Source of the DNA: an uncultured Rivularia sp. | Lineage (GTDB): Bacteria; Cyanobacteriota; Cyanobacteriia; Cyanobacteriales; Nostocaceae | NCBI GenBank assembly: GCA_963665115.1 | Contig: OY762007.1 | Coordinates: 4,256,001-4,320,000, forward strand | DNA: 64,000 nt | Direction of reading: 5' to 3' | Shown: positions 27,765 to 38,419 of the stretch, piece by piece | Layout of the letters: each line of letters begins with the position of its first letter | Position numbering within the stretch: position 1 is the first letter of the stretch | Notes under the pieces: model-generated | What the model was told of the DNA's origin: nothing | Seen by the model: only the letters and a program-made list of their open reading frames with translations | Databases searched by the model: none | Made by a program: the position numbers and the translations under genes

Positions 27765-29477
27765 ATGACAAGCCTTTCTTTGTCAGTTCTGGCTGCTTAT
27801 GCTTCCTATCACAAAGTTAAGTTAACTCGTAAAACTCTTCAGGTCTATACAGTCCAAGAGCGGTTTTTGCTTAATCTCCTCAAAGCCCACCAAAACACTG
27901 AAATGGGGAGAAACTTGGGATTAAGCAGCATTAAAACTATTGGTCAATTTCGCCAGCAAGTTCCGATTCTGCCTTATGAAAGCTACGAGCCTTACGTTAA
28001 ACGCATCAGCCAAGGAGAGAAAAATGTTCTCAATCCTGAACCAGTAGTCTATATTAATCTGACCAGTGGTTCCACTGGAAACAAAAAGCAAGTGCCTGTG
28101 ACTCGCACTTTTCAAGCTTCCTTACGACGGGCAGATTTAGCTAGTATGGGCTTTGCAATCGAATTGCTACAGCAGCGGGGGCTAGAGTTTGGCAAAACGC
28201 TGCTCCCTAACTCGGCGAATTTACAAGGAATTACAAATGGTGGTATTCCTTACGGTCCGGTGAGTGTGGGCAGTATTCGCAAGGGTAAGTTTCTGTTTGA
28301 GCAAGCTTTTGTGCATCCCTTTGAAGCGCTCAAAATTGCCGATAGTCTTGCTAGACATTATGTCTGCCTGCTATTTGCCCTGCGAAATCGAGATATGCGG
28401 GGATTTACGGCTAATTTTCCGATGTTGGTTTTGCGTACCTGCGGCTATCTAGAACGCTACGGGGAAGACTTAATTAATGACCTAGAAACTGGTGCGATCG
28501 CCTCTTGGTTAAAATTAGAACCGCATATTCGCGCCAAGCTAGAGCGTAAATTATTCCCAGTATCAGAAAGAGCCGCAGAGCTAAGGCAAATCCTCGAAAC
28601 AGAGGGAAGACTTACGCCGAAGCAAGTATGGTCTGGTTTATCCTACATTCTCACGGCTCAAGGAGGAACATCGGACTTTTATTTGCAGCATTTCCCGCAT
28701 TACTTTGGAGATACTCCTGTGTTTGGTGGTGTCTACGGTTCGGCGGAAGCTACATTTAGCGTTTATCATAAATTCAATTCCGAAAGTGGCATCCTGGCAA
28801 TTGAAAGCGGGTTTTTTGAATTTATTCCCCAAGAACAGTGGGAAGTCGAAAATCCTCAAACTTTTCTGGCAACAGAAGTACAGCCTGGAAAACTTTACCG
28901 CATTTTAGTTACAAGCTACAGTGGTTTTTACCGTTATGACATTGGCGACGTTGTAGAAGTAGTAGGATTTTATAATCAAGCTCCCTTGATTGCCTTTCGC
29001 TACCGTCGGGGTGGACTGCTATCTTCCACGACCGAAAAGACAACTGAATGTCACGCAATTGGGGTAATGCAAGCACTCCACCAAGAGTTTAATCTGCGCT
29101 TAGATGATTTCTGCATCACACTTTCAGAGCAGGAATTTCCCGCTCATTATATAGTTAATATCGAACTGGCTGCGGGAGAAACATTAAGTAATCCCCAAGC
29201 GTTCCTGAATCGTTTTGAGTATTGGCTCAAACAGATAAATACTCCTTACGGAACCGTGCGTGAGGGACAAGTACCACCACCTATATTAAGAATTTTAAAA
29301 CAAGGCAGTTTTAATATTGTTCGTCAGCGACAGTTAAAAAAAGGTATGCCTGATTCTCAACTCAAGTTACCCCACATCACTGAAGACCGTTCGTTTTTAG
29401 CTGAACTCCCTATCGAATATGAAGTCACATTATCTGATGAATGTGTCAATCAAATTCTCTATCCTCTTGCTGATTAA
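27765..29477 (+). CDS. GH3-family acyl-adenylate/amido synthetase
   Basis: LTSGSTGNKK, YGSAE and YRYDIGD GH3 motifs. Confidence 0.9.
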   Translation: MTSLSLSVLAAYASYHKVKLTRKTLQVYTVQERFLLNLLKAHQNTEMGRNLGLSSIKTIGQFRQQVPILPYESYEPYVKRISQGEKNVLNPEPVVYINLTSGSTGNKKQVPVTRTFQASLRRADLASMGFAIELLQQRGLEFGKTLLPNSANLQGITNGGIPYGPVSVGSIRKGKFLFEQAFVHPFEALKIADSLARHYVCLLFALRNRDMRGFTANFPMLVLRTCGYLERYGEDLINDLETGAIASWLKLEPHIRAKLERKLFPVSERAAELRQILETEGRLTPKQVWSGLSYILTAQGGTSDFYLQHFPHYFGDTPVFGGVYGSAEATFSVYHKFNSESGILAIESGFFEFIPQEQWEVENPQTFLATEVQPGKLYRILVTSYSGFYRYDIGDVVEVVGFYNQAPLIAFRYRRGGLLSSTTEKTTECHAIGVMQALHQEFNLRLDDFCITLSEQEFPAHYIVNIELAAGETLSNPQAFLNRFEYWLKQINTPYGTVREGQVPPPILRILKQGSFNIVRQRQLKKGMPDSQLKLPHITEDRSFLAELPIEYEVTLSDECVNQILYPLAD

Positions 29478-29680
29478 AAGTTTAAAAAACCTTAATATTA
29501 GGTCAGAGTAGTCATCGTAATACCCGATCTTGTGAAGTAAAAATAAGTATATTGTTCTGTACGTTAAACTCCGTGCAGAGTCAGTTTGCCAAGAAAAACT
29601 TAGTCAGTAAAAAATACTGAAGGGGAATGAAGAGCAATGGGAGTTTTATTAATTTATCCTTACTTGTAACTCTTTAATCT

Positions 29681-30091
29681 ATGAAAAAAAACAGCACGTT
29701 CCAAAATTGGAAACAAAGAGTTAGACAGCTAAAAGGGGAAACCTCTGCTCTTTATTATGCTAGCAAAGACCCAAGAACACCTTGGTATACTAAATTTCTT
29801 GCTATATGTGTAGTTGCTTATTTATTCAGTCCGATTGATTTGATTCCGGATGTAATTCCTATACTGGGTTATTTAGATGATTTGATATTAATACCGTTGG
29901 GAATTTTTTTACTTTTGAAGCTAATACCTAAAACTGTAATGGATGAATCTCGTGAAAAGGCAAAAATAATTGAGAATACACCAAACAGCAAATTTATCAC
30001 AATAATTATAGTTTGCATCTGGATATTTACCGGAATGCTAACAGTTTTTTTAATTCATAGTTTGTTCCAAAATAGTAAAAAATCATTTTAA
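29681..30091 (+). CDS. YkvA/DUF1232 membrane protein
   Basis: YLFSPIDLIPDVIPILGYLDD. Confidence 0.9.
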   Translation: MKKNSTFQNWKQRVRQLKGETSALYYASKDPRTPWYTKFLAICVVAYLFSPIDLIPDVIPILGYLDDLILIPLGIFLLLKLIPKTVMDESREKAKIIENTPNSKFITIIIVCIWIFTGMLTVFLIHSLFQNSKKSF

Positions 30092-30377
30092 CGATTAATG
30101 TTCGTGTTGTTTCACCTTGCAATTAAATTATTTTTGAAACTGAAATTTGTCGAGACTAAAACTGAAGTAAGTTACAAGTTATGTCTTTGAAACAGAATGA
30201 TTTCTAATTAGATGTTTAATGAATAACTGACATCGCCTTGTTTAAGTAGAAAAAACAAATTACTGGTAAAATCCTGGTTATGGTAGTTCATGGGAAGCGG
30301 CTAAAGTATGGATTATAAATCATATTTTTTTGATTATTAATATCATTTTATAAAAATTTACAAAATGTGAATATAAA

Positions 30378-30411
30378 TCTTCCCAACTTCTTGACATTTA
30401 AGTTTTATTGT
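30378..30411 (+). promoter_or_regulatory. TCTT-box promoter upstream of the response regulator
   Basis: TCTTCCCAACTTCTTGACA-9 bp-TATTGT. Confidence 0.7.
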
Positions 30412-30501
30412 GAAATAACAAACCGAATTCAACACTATAAAATTGTTTTACCATAAACTAATATGCTTGATTTTATTGGTAAGAAGGTAAAAGCTGAAAC
30501 C

Positions 30502-31182
30502 ATGAAAATCTTAATTGTGGAAGATGATAGCCGAATAGCTAAAGCGCTGGCTGAAGATTTAAGACATCAACATCATGTAGTTGATATTGCTCCCGATGGA
30601 ATTGAGGGATGGAATTATGCTCAAACAACTGAGTATGACTTAATACTATTAGATTTGTTGCTACCGCGCTTAGATGGTGTTAGTCTTTGCAAAAAATTGC
30701 GAGCAGATAGATGTAATGCTCTAATTTTGATGTTAACATCCAAAGATACTACCACTGATAAAGTAATTGGACTGGATGTCGGAGCAGATGACTATTTAAT
30801 AAAGCCCTTTGAATTAGAAGAATTAGCCGCACGAATTCGCGCTTTATCCCGTAGAACTCCAGAATTTAAACCACCAATTTTAACTCACGGTAAACTACAA
30901 ATTGACCCCAATAGTAGCGAAGTTTTTTATGCAGGCAATGCTCTTTATTTGACACCCAAAGAATACTTAATTTTAGAATACTTTCTGCGCCATACCCAGC
31001 AAGTTTTAACCCGTTCGGCAATTCTTGAAAAACTTTGGGAATTCGACAAATTTTCTGGAGAAGGAACGGTGAAAACTCATATTACCAACTTGCGTAGTAA
31101 ACTCAGAACTGCTGGAAGTCCAGATAATTTAATTGAAACAGTCTATGGTGTGGGTTATCGTTTAGGCGCGGTTGATGATTAA
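30502..31182 (+). CDS. OmpR-family response regulator
   Basis: MKILIVEDD, LLDLLLP, GADDYLIKPF and IETVYGVGY; alternative start at 30463. Confidence 0.9.
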   Translation: MKILIVEDDSRIAKALAEDLRHQHHVVDIAPDGIEGWNYAQTTEYDLILLDLLLPRLDGVSLCKKLRADRCNALILMLTSKDTTTDKVIGLDVGADDYLIKPFELEELAARIRALSRRTPEFKPPILTHGKLQIDPNSSEVFYAGNALYLTPKEYLILEYFLRHTQQVLTRSAILEKLWEFDKFSGEGTVKTHITNLRSKLRTAGSPDNLIETVYGVGYRLGAVDD

Positions 31183-31218
31183 AAAAGTTTAGAAAATGTT
31201 ATCAACACCCTTCAAGTA

Positions 31219-32460
31219 ATGTTTCAGAAAATTCGCGATCGCCTACTTTTATCTAACTTAATTGTTTTTGCAATTGTTCTAGGAGGATTTGCAATTGTTG
31301 TGCGAGTTGTTTTTGTTCGCAGCCTCAATCAGCAAGTCATAGATAAACTTGTAGTTTTAGGACAAGGTGTAACTGTAGATGCAGAATTAGAAGCAGGAAA
31401 ACTAGATGTTGATGAACATTGGCAAGTTAGAGATTTAGATGCTCGTCAAGGTGGCATACAATGGTTTGATACTCAAGGTAATTTACTCAAGCAGCAAGGT
31501 AAATACATTTTAAATTTACCTTTGAATCCAAATACAACCGTGCAAAAACAAACTGAAGAAGAACGAAAAATTCAAGCAGTAACCTTACCAGTTTTGGATA
31601 ATGAAACTCAACAAAAAATTGGTTATATCAGAGTCAGTCAATCTTTAGAAGAGTTTGATGAAACTATCCAAAAATTAGACTTTGGTTTAGGTTCTGGCGT
31701 AATTTTTGCTTTATTTTTAAGCGGATTTGGGGGATTGTGGCTTAACCGTCAATCAATGCAGCCAATTGAAGAAAGTTTTGAACGTCTCAAGCAATTTACT
31801 GCTGATGCTTCTCATGAATTACGCAATCCTTTGATGGCAATTAAAAGTAGTGTCGCAGTCGCTTTGAAGTATCCAGAAGGAATGAGAACTATTGATGAGG
31901 AAAAATTTACCGCTATTGCCAGCGCCACCAATCAAATGACTCAATTAACCGAAGATTTACTACTTCTAGCACGCACGGATAAAATTGCCGATATCGAGCG
32001 AAAAACTATTAACTTAAGTATAATTATTTATAACTTAATACAATTATATAAACCTCAAGCACAAGCTAAAAAAATCGATTTAAAAGCAGAAATTAAGAAC
32101 CATTTATTATTGCCTGGAGATGCAAAACAACTGAGTCGAGCATTGGGTAATCTTATTCAAAATGCGATTTATTATACTCACAAAGGTGGAACAGTTGAAG
32201 TAAAAGCAAATCGTGTAGATTCTTACTATCAGGTAACGGTAGAAGATACAGGTGTAGGTATTGCAACAGAAAATTTACAGCGAATTTTTGAGCGGTTTTG
32301 GCGTTCCGATCAAGCTCGTTCTTATGAATCGGGTTGTTCTGGTTTGGGTTTAGCAATTTCTCAAGCAATTATCCAAAATCATTCAGGTTCAATTACTGTT
32401 ACCAGTGAGTTAGGGGTAGGTAGTTGTTTTACTGTCACTTTACCCACTTACCTTGAATAA
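31219..32460 (+). CDS. Sensor histidine kinase
   Basis: Two TM segments, FTADASHELRNP and an HATPase domain. Confidence 0.9.
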   Translation: MFQKIRDRLLLSNLIVFAIVLGGFAIVVRVVFVRSLNQQVIDKLVVLGQGVTVDAELEAGKLDVDEHWQVRDLDARQGGIQWFDTQGNLLKQQGKYILNLPLNPNTTVQKQTEEERKIQAVTLPVLDNETQQKIGYIRVSQSLEEFDETIQKLDFGLGSGVIFALFLSGFGGLWLNRQSMQPIEESFERLKQFTADASHELRNPLMAIKSSVAVALKYPEGMRTIDEEKFTAIASATNQMTQLTEDLLLLARTDKIADIERKTINLSIIIYNLIQLYKPQAQAKKIDLKAEIKNHLLLPGDAKQLSRALGNLIQNAIYYTHKGGTVEVKANRVDSYYQVTVEDTGVGIATENLQRIFERFWRSDQARSYESGCSGLGLAISQAIIQNHSGSITVTSELGVGSCFTVTLPTYLE

Positions 32461-32577
32461 ATTTCACTTAATTTAATATTGTTTGCGATGTTGATTAATT
32501 TTAAGAAGATAAAATTATTCATCTGAATAATATCAAACTCTCTTTATTATAAATATTTTCATTCACCATACACAATT

Positions 32578-33282
32578 ATGAAAAATCATCTCCAAGAATT
32601 AAAAAATTTCTGGTTTTCTCGCGTACATCGTCGTATAGCTCCTCTAATTGCTACTATTGAAGTTACTGGTTTAGTTATATGTTTATTAATTATTTACCTT
32701 TTAGCAAAGCTCTCAGAAGAAGTTTGGGAAAAAGAAGCCTTTGCTTTTGATAAAACTATTTTGCTGTGGATACATCAGTTTGCGAATCCCACATGGGATA
32801 ATATCATGCTTAATATTACAAAAATTGGTAATCCTACGACGGTAGTGACAATTACTATCATCACTTTCGGCATACTTTGGTGGAAACGGTATCGAAAAGA
32901 AGCAACAATTTTTGGTATTCACGCCCTCGGAGGTGCAATTCTTAGTTATGGTTTGAAACTGTCTTTCAGCAAACCGCGTCCGCAACTTTGGCAGCAACTA
33001 ATTACAGAAACAAGCTATAGTTATCCTAGCGGTCATGCGTTGGGTTCGATGGTGCTTTATGGTTTTATAGCTTATTTGCTAGCATCCCATTATCCAAAAC
33101 AGAGCAAAATCATTTATACTTTCGCGGTTATATTAATTGGTGCTATCGGTTTAAGTCGGCTGTACTTGGGGGTACATTGGCCAACAGATGTGATTGCTGG
33201 TTATGGAGTTGGTTATCTGTGGTTGATGTTTTCTATTACTATGCTTAAATTACAAAAATCACGATACGTTAGAGGCGTATAA
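32578..33282 (+). CDS. PAP2-family membrane phosphatase
   Basis: KxxxxxPRP, SYPSGH and SRLYLGVHWPTD. Confidence 0.9.
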   Translation: MKNHLQELKNFWFSRVHRRIAPLIATIEVTGLVICLLIIYLLAKLSEEVWEKEAFAFDKTILLWIHQFANPTWDNIMLNITKIGNPTTVVTITIITFGILWWKRYRKEATIFGIHALGGAILSYGLKLSFSKPRPQLWQQLITETSYSYPSGHALGSMVLYGFIAYLLASHYPKQSKIIYTFAVILIGAIGLSRLYLGVHWPTDVIAGYGVGYLWLMFSITMLKLQKSRYVRGV

Positions 33283-33416
33283 TAATTTTATTAATCTATT
33301 AATCGCCCACTGAGTGTGAAAACTGTGCGATCGCACATTGATTGTGCCGACCTAAAACTATTAGATCGGCTCTCCACTCTTAAGCAACATGGCAAATAAT
33401 TTTCTGTAAATCGCTA

Positions 33417-34184
33417 TCAATGTTGTCTATCAATTGGTTGAGAAGCTGGTTTCTTGTGCTTAAAGCTGAAGTAAATAACCAAACTCAGGATTATACAAAG
33501 AAAAAGTATACTGGTTCCAGTTGTACCTAAACCATAGCCACCATTTTTAGCAGGTTGAGATAGTAAATCACCGATAGATGCTCCCAGGGGACGAGTCAAG
33601 ATGTAAGCTAACCAAAATGCCAATACTCCATTCATTCCGAAGTAATAATAACAGCCCGTTATAATTGCAATTAAAGCACCAAATATTAATGCTGATTGTG
33701 CATAACCAAGTTTCAAAGCTTCTGCTAATAAATCTCCAGTTGCAGTACCTAAAGCAAACGTAAATAAAATAGCCATCCAGTAGAAAAATTCTCTTTCATT
33801 TGTGTTAATGGAGTGCATAGCTAATGTCTTTTCTTTGGAATACCAAAGCCCAAAAACTACCAGCAAGACAACAGTAAAAGCTATAGTTGTTGTGACTAAA
33901 CTAACGCCAAGATTGTCTACCAGACTATCAGTAATCAACGTGCCAGTGATACTCATAAAAACTACTACAATCCAGTAACTTGCTGGAACATACTTTTTAA
34001 GCCTAAACTGATTCAAAAGCGCAATCAGTAATACCCCGCTCATAAGATAAGATGTTAGGGTCAAACCAAGGTTTAGAGTTACTGACAGAAAATCTGCCGC
34101 AGTTTCACCTACCGTTGTTGCTAGAATCTTGATAATCCAGAAATAAATTGTTACTTCTGGAACTCTGCTTAATACTTTTGTCAT
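33417..34184 (-). CDS. COG4705/DUF347 repeat membrane protein
   Basis: FWIIKILATTVGETAAD, FALGTATGD and LTRPLGASIGD. Confidence 0.85.
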   Translation of the reverse strand: MTKVLSRVPEVTIYFWIIKILATTVGETAADFLSVTLNLGLTLTSYLMSGVLLIALLNQFRLKKYVPASYWIVVVFMSITGTLITDSLVDNLGVSLVTTTIAFTVVLLVVFGLWYSKEKTLAMHSINTNEREFFYWMAILFTFALGTATGDLLAEALKLGYAQSALIFGALIAIITGCYYYFGMNGVLAFWLAYILTRPLGASIGDLLSQPAKNGGYGLGTTGTSILFLCIILSLVIYFSFKHKKPASQPIDRQH

Positions 34185-34274
34185 GATGTTTTTCCTACTT
34201 GATTTTTTGAAAGTAATATTATGAGGGTTCAAAAACTTCGATCTACATATGACAGTTGAGGAGCGGAATGTGGG

Positions 34275-34658
34275 TTATAGTTTATGAACAAATATTGGAT
34301 CTAGAAGCGTATAATCATTAATATTAGTCCAATATTGAATCGCTACAATCGCAGTACCGAAATTAGCTTCAAGCAAGGCTCTATTGAAATCTGCTTTTTT
34401 CTCCGCTAATTGATTTGCTAAGGTGAAAGGATCGAGTAAATTTTTGAACATTATTTCTTCAGTGCCAAAGTATTGAACCAGTATATGCGGGTCACTACCT
34501 ACTATTAACACCGTATCTAATGGTGTAATCAAACTAAATTCAGAAAAGCTATCAACTTCGAGTTTTACAAAAGCTGGTAAGTTATGTTGAGCGTAATAAG
34601 AAATCATCAGCTCAACCTCTTTGTAGATACGTGATATTAAGATGTCAGAGATTTTCAC
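34275..34658 (-). CDS. Hypothetical protein
   Basis: 127-aa ORF co-oriented with its neighbours; no motif recognised. Confidence 0.45.
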   Translation of the reverse strand: MKISDILISRIYKEVELMISYYAQHNLPAFVKLEVDSFSEFSLITPLDTVLIVGSDPHILVQYFGTEEIMFKNLLDPFTLANQLAEKKADFNRALLEANFGTAIVAIQYWTNINDYTLLDPIFVHKL

Positions 34659-34791
34659 CGTTAGTTAAAACAGAGAGGGATATAAAAGCAAGAATTAAGA
34701 AAGGGTTTTGAGAACAAGAAATAAATTACTTACCTCAAAACCCGTTAATTGGTGTGAGTGAGAAAAATTATCTGTGACGAATACTTACAGA

Positions 34792-35364
34792 CTATTGCTT
34801 TTCATTTTCATTATCAGTATCGGGGACTTGAATACTGCTGCGGGGACGATTGGCTTCTGTAGCTTCGTCGTCTTCTTGATTTTCGTCTTCTGTATAGAGA
34901 ACTTTACCGTTACCCGCATCAACAATTACTTCTTTTTTGCCAATCTCCACGTCATACACGAGATTACCATCTTCGTTTTCTAATTCCACCTTTGTGGCTT
35001 TTCCTCCTATCTCTGCTTCTGCTGCTGAAGCAGCTTGTTCGGGAGTAATTTTTGCTAAAGATTGATATTTTGCAGCTTCTTGTTTTTCTTCTGCATCATC
35101 ATTTGTTTCACCATCACCATCGCTTGCTTGAGCTATTTTGATGGTTTTACTATTATTGTTTACTGCTACGGTTTGACCAAGTTGATTATTTTCAGGTGCT
35201 TCAGTAGCATCATTTGCTTCACCATCACCGTCGCTAGTTTGATATTGAGACACACCTGGTAACTGCGACTCGGTTTGTTTTGCAGACACGTTGCGAGTGA
35301 ATCCAGCAAAACCTAAAGTACCTACTAAAGCTGCTGCTAAAGCGATTCTTGTTGTTCTATTCAT
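34792..35364 (-). CDS. Secreted PepSY-domain protein with two acidic SDGDGExND repeats
   Basis: Signal peptide; AKITPEQA...VELENEDGNLVYDVEI...VDAGNGKVL. Confidence 0.85.
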   Translation of the reverse strand: MNRTTRIALAAALVGTLGFAGFTRNVSAKQTESQLPGVSQYQTSDGDGEANDATEAPENNQLGQTVAVNNNSKTIKIAQASDGDGETNDDAEEKQEAAKYQSLAKITPEQAASAAEAEIGGKATKVELENEDGNLVYDVEIGKKEVIVDAGNGKVLYTEDENQEDDEATEANRPRSSIQVPDTDNENEKQ

Positions 35365-35397
35365 GATGTGATTTCTTGTTCTTGGTTTGTTATTTAC

Positions 35398-35431
35398 ACT
35401 GTAGATATAAATAGTTAAGAAGTTGAGAAGA
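35398..35431 (-). promoter_or_regulatory. TCTT-box promoter upstream of the PepSY gene
   Basis: TCTTCTCAACTTCTTAACT-9 bp-TACAGT on the - strand. Confidence 0.65.
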
Positions 35432-35579
35432 ATTTGATCGAATATATTAGAAGTATTGAAACTAGAAATAAAATTTAACCTTAAAAGCTAGTTTATACAG
35501 CTAATATTTTAATTTCTAAATGTTTGAAGACTGTGTTTGAATAATTACGATAAATATTAAGGTTTTATTCCCTGCTGTT

Positions 35580-35613
35580 TCTTGCCAACTTCTTGACATT
35601 TTCTCTCTACTAT
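35580..35613 (+). promoter_or_regulatory. TCTT-box promoter upstream of the COG4705 gene
   Basis: TCTTGCCAACTTCTTGACA-9 bp-TACTAT. Confidence 0.7.
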
Positions 35614-35663
35614 AAAGCCGAAAGCTCAGATTATATATCGCCCCATAGCAAGCAGGAGCAGAA

Positions 35664-36410
35664 ATGAACAAAGTTGCACAAGTGACAATTTTCTTCTGGA
35701 TTATGAAGATCATCGCCACGACACTCGGTGAGACGGCAGGTGACTTCATCTCAATGTCTCTCGGACTGGGTTATTACGTAGGCTTTGCCGTAACGGTTGC
35801 CATCCTCGCCATTCTCCTGTTTTTTCAAATTCAATCCGATAGATATCGTCCAGCCCTTTATTGGGCGGCTATCATCGCCACGACTACAGCCGGAACTGAA
35901 GTTTCAGACTTGATGGATCGTTCTCTAGGGCTAGGCTACGCAGTGGGTTCGCTGATTTTAGTAGCCTGTCTCCTCAGCGTTCTTGCTATCTGGTATTACC
36001 GCGATCGCGATCTAAGTGTTTATCCGATTGTGAGGAAAGACGCAGAAACTACCTATTGGTTGGCTATCGTGTTTTCCAACAGTTTAGGAACGGCTTTTGG
36101 TGATTTTCTGACAAGCAACTTGGGACTGAGCTATATCCAAGGTGCATTCGTGACAGCCAGCGTCATTGGTGTTGTAATTGCCCTTCACTATGTATCAAAG
36201 CTGAGCGATATCCTGTTATTCTGGCTCGCGTTTATATTTACACGACCTTTCGGAGCCACCTTTGGAGATTTTCTTACTAAACCAATCAAAAATGGCGGTT
36301 TATCGCTGCCGAGAGGCTATGCTTCTGCGATCGCCTTCATCCTGCTGGCAGTTGTATTATTCTTCTCGGTACGAAGGGAGAGAAAAAAAGTGCGTCACTC
36401 AACTGAGTGA
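35664..36410 (+). CDS. COG4705/DUF347 repeat membrane protein (second paralog)
   Basis: FWIMKIIATTLGETAGD, NSLGTAFGD and FTRPFGATFGD. Confidence 0.85.
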   Translation: MNKVAQVTIFFWIMKIIATTLGETAGDFISMSLGLGYYVGFAVTVAILAILLFFQIQSDRYRPALYWAAIIATTTAGTEVSDLMDRSLGLGYAVGSLILVACLLSVLAIWYYRDRDLSVYPIVRKDAETTYWLAIVFSNSLGTAFGDFLTSNLGLSYIQGAFVTASVIGVVIALHYVSKLSDILLFWLAFIFTRPFGATFGDFLTKPIKNGGLSLPRGYASAIAFILLAVVLFFSVRRERKKVRHSTE

Positions 36411-36600
36411 TACGTTTAAGCAGATAGACGACTCACTCCTTTAAAGGAACACCCTTCATCCTTGGAGGAGCAACAATTTTATTTCTTAGGAACACAGGAG
36501 ATTATTCTATTTGAGTATTCCAAATTTTGGGGAATCGTGGTAGGGAAGTCAAACTGGTAAATGCTCATCATTTGTTCATCCTCAGAAATAAAGAAATTAA

Positions 36601-37573
36601 ATGAAATTATTAAGTCAAAAAAGTGGTTCAAGGAATTGGAAGCAAAAGTTTCATTCCCACACTGGCGAAAGATTAAATTGGTTTCAAATAATTTTACGAC
36701 TTCAAAGTTCAAATTTAGCAAGCATCATTCCTTGGGTAGCATTTTCAACTGGATATAGTTTGATTATTGCCTTACTTGATTATGATGAAAAACATTTATC
36801 ATTGCCAAAAATAAGTGCTGGTGTTCCTAATATTATTTTGAGCTTCAATCTTGTTTTAAGCTTGCTGCTAGTTTTTCGGGTAAATGCAGCTTACGACCGA
36901 TATTGGGAAGGTCGAAAATTGTGGGGAGCTTTAGTTAATTCAGTTCGTAACTTGACTCGTGGGATTGCAGTAATAATTGAGGTTCGCTCAGAACAAGATC
37001 GACTAGAAAAACAAGAAATCTTGAGGCTGATAGTTGCTTTTACCGTAGCTATAAAGTTACATTTGCGTCGTCAACCAGCAGACAAGCAATTAATGGTACT
37101 GATGACTTCATCTCGATATGCAAAACTTCAAAATACTAATCACCTGCCATTAGAAGTTGCTCTTTGGATTGGAGAATACTTGCAGAAGCAGTATCGCCAA
37201 AATCTTATTGATGTATATCAACTAACTACCTTACAAAAACTAGTTGATGACTTGGTAGATATTTTGGGCGGCTGCGAGCGTATTTTAAAAACACCAACAC
37301 CTTTAGCGATTTCAATTTTACTCAAACAATTGTTGGTGCTTTATTTTCTAAGTCTACCTATTGAAATGGTTGATAGTTTAAAGTGGTGGACAGTTCCTGT
37401 AATTGCTGTTATTTCTATAGTTTTGTTTGGAATTGAGGATATCGGCTCTGAATTAGAAAATCCTTTTGGATGCGACCCCGAATAATTTACCTTTGCATCT
37501 AATTTGTGACGCGATATCTACCAACGTTGAAGAGTTAATTCAATCTCAAGAATCATTCCCAATCTCGTCGTGA
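36601..37573 (+). CDS. Bestrophin-family channel (apparent +1 frameshift at C4 37476-37479)
   Basis: LLLVFRVNAAYDRYWEGR, GGCERI and ELENPFG; removing one C restores DPNNLPL and extends the ORF to 37573. Confidence 0.85.
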
Positions 37574-37577
37574 GAAA

Positions 37578-37829
37578 TTGTCTGGGAAGTTTCGATTCCA
37601 AGAGCTATATTTTCAAGAACAAGTAGAAATAGATTCTCTATCTACAAGAGAAGAGAAAATAAACCGTCTTGCGGAATTGAATGTCCGAAAGCAAGTTAAA
37701 AACCTCTACCAAACATTAATTTTACGTAAGTGTATGCGAGAAGAGAATGCACCTTTCATTCATGGTTGGGTAATTAATGTTAAAACTGGCTTAATTAAAG
37801 ATATGCAGGTACAAACTTCAGAAGCGTAA
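37578..37829 (+). pseudogene. C-terminal fragment of a beta-carbonic anhydrase
   Basis: LAELNVRKQVKNL...IHGWVINVKTGLI; the N-terminal half with the zinc ligands is absent. Confidence 0.65.
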
Positions 37830-37875
37830 AAATGCGATGAGTAGAAATAAATAATTATTTGTCTTCTGAAATACA

Positions 37876-37923
37876 AAATCTCTCAAGCATTCCTACTAGT
37901 TCAAGACGCTTAAGAGATTTTTT
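37876..37923. terminator. Bidirectional intrinsic terminator
   Basis: AAAATCTCTCAAGC...GCTTAAGAGATTTTTT between convergent genes. Confidence 0.55.
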
Positions 37924-38038
37924 GCGAGTTAATAAAAAATCGAAAAATATGAACAAATAGTATCAGTTAACGGTAGTTTACCCTGTTATCATCCCAGATA
38001 AAACCAGAAACCTGAAGAGGGGTAAGTCAATATCAACT

Positions 38039-38419
38039 CTAGTAAACCATCGCTTGTTGATTGCGGAGAGCGCGTAGAGCATTAATGCAGTAGGGACAGT
38101 CGCAGGTAAAAAGTGCGATCGCCGCATTGCTTTCTTCTTCGGTAAAATCGAGCATCATTCCTTCAGCCTCGGATGGTTTTGCTGAAATCACTTCTGTGTC
38201 TGCTTCTAGACGACTAGCAACTAGGTTTTTTTGATTTTGCGATCGCGTACAGACAATACTTATACCGCCGTGTGGATGGCTGATACAGGAACGACCATCT
38301 GAAGTCTGAAATGCTCTTTGAGCAGCTTGTGCTGGGGAATTCACAACTCCTAATACGGACATCAAAGATGTAAAAATTATCTGACTAGAAAGCAGCGAAA
38401 GTATAAATTTCCTGTTCAT
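38039..38419 (-). CDS. Secreted Cys-containing hypothetical protein
   Basis: Signal peptide, CISHPH and C-terminal FTCDCPYC. Confidence 0.7.
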   Translation of the reverse strand: MNRKFILSLLSSQIIFTSLMSVLGVVNSPAQAAQRAFQTSDGRSCISHPHGGISIVCTRSQNQKNLVASRLEADTEVISAKPSEAEGMMLDFTEEESNAAIALFTCDCPYCINALRALRNQQAMVY

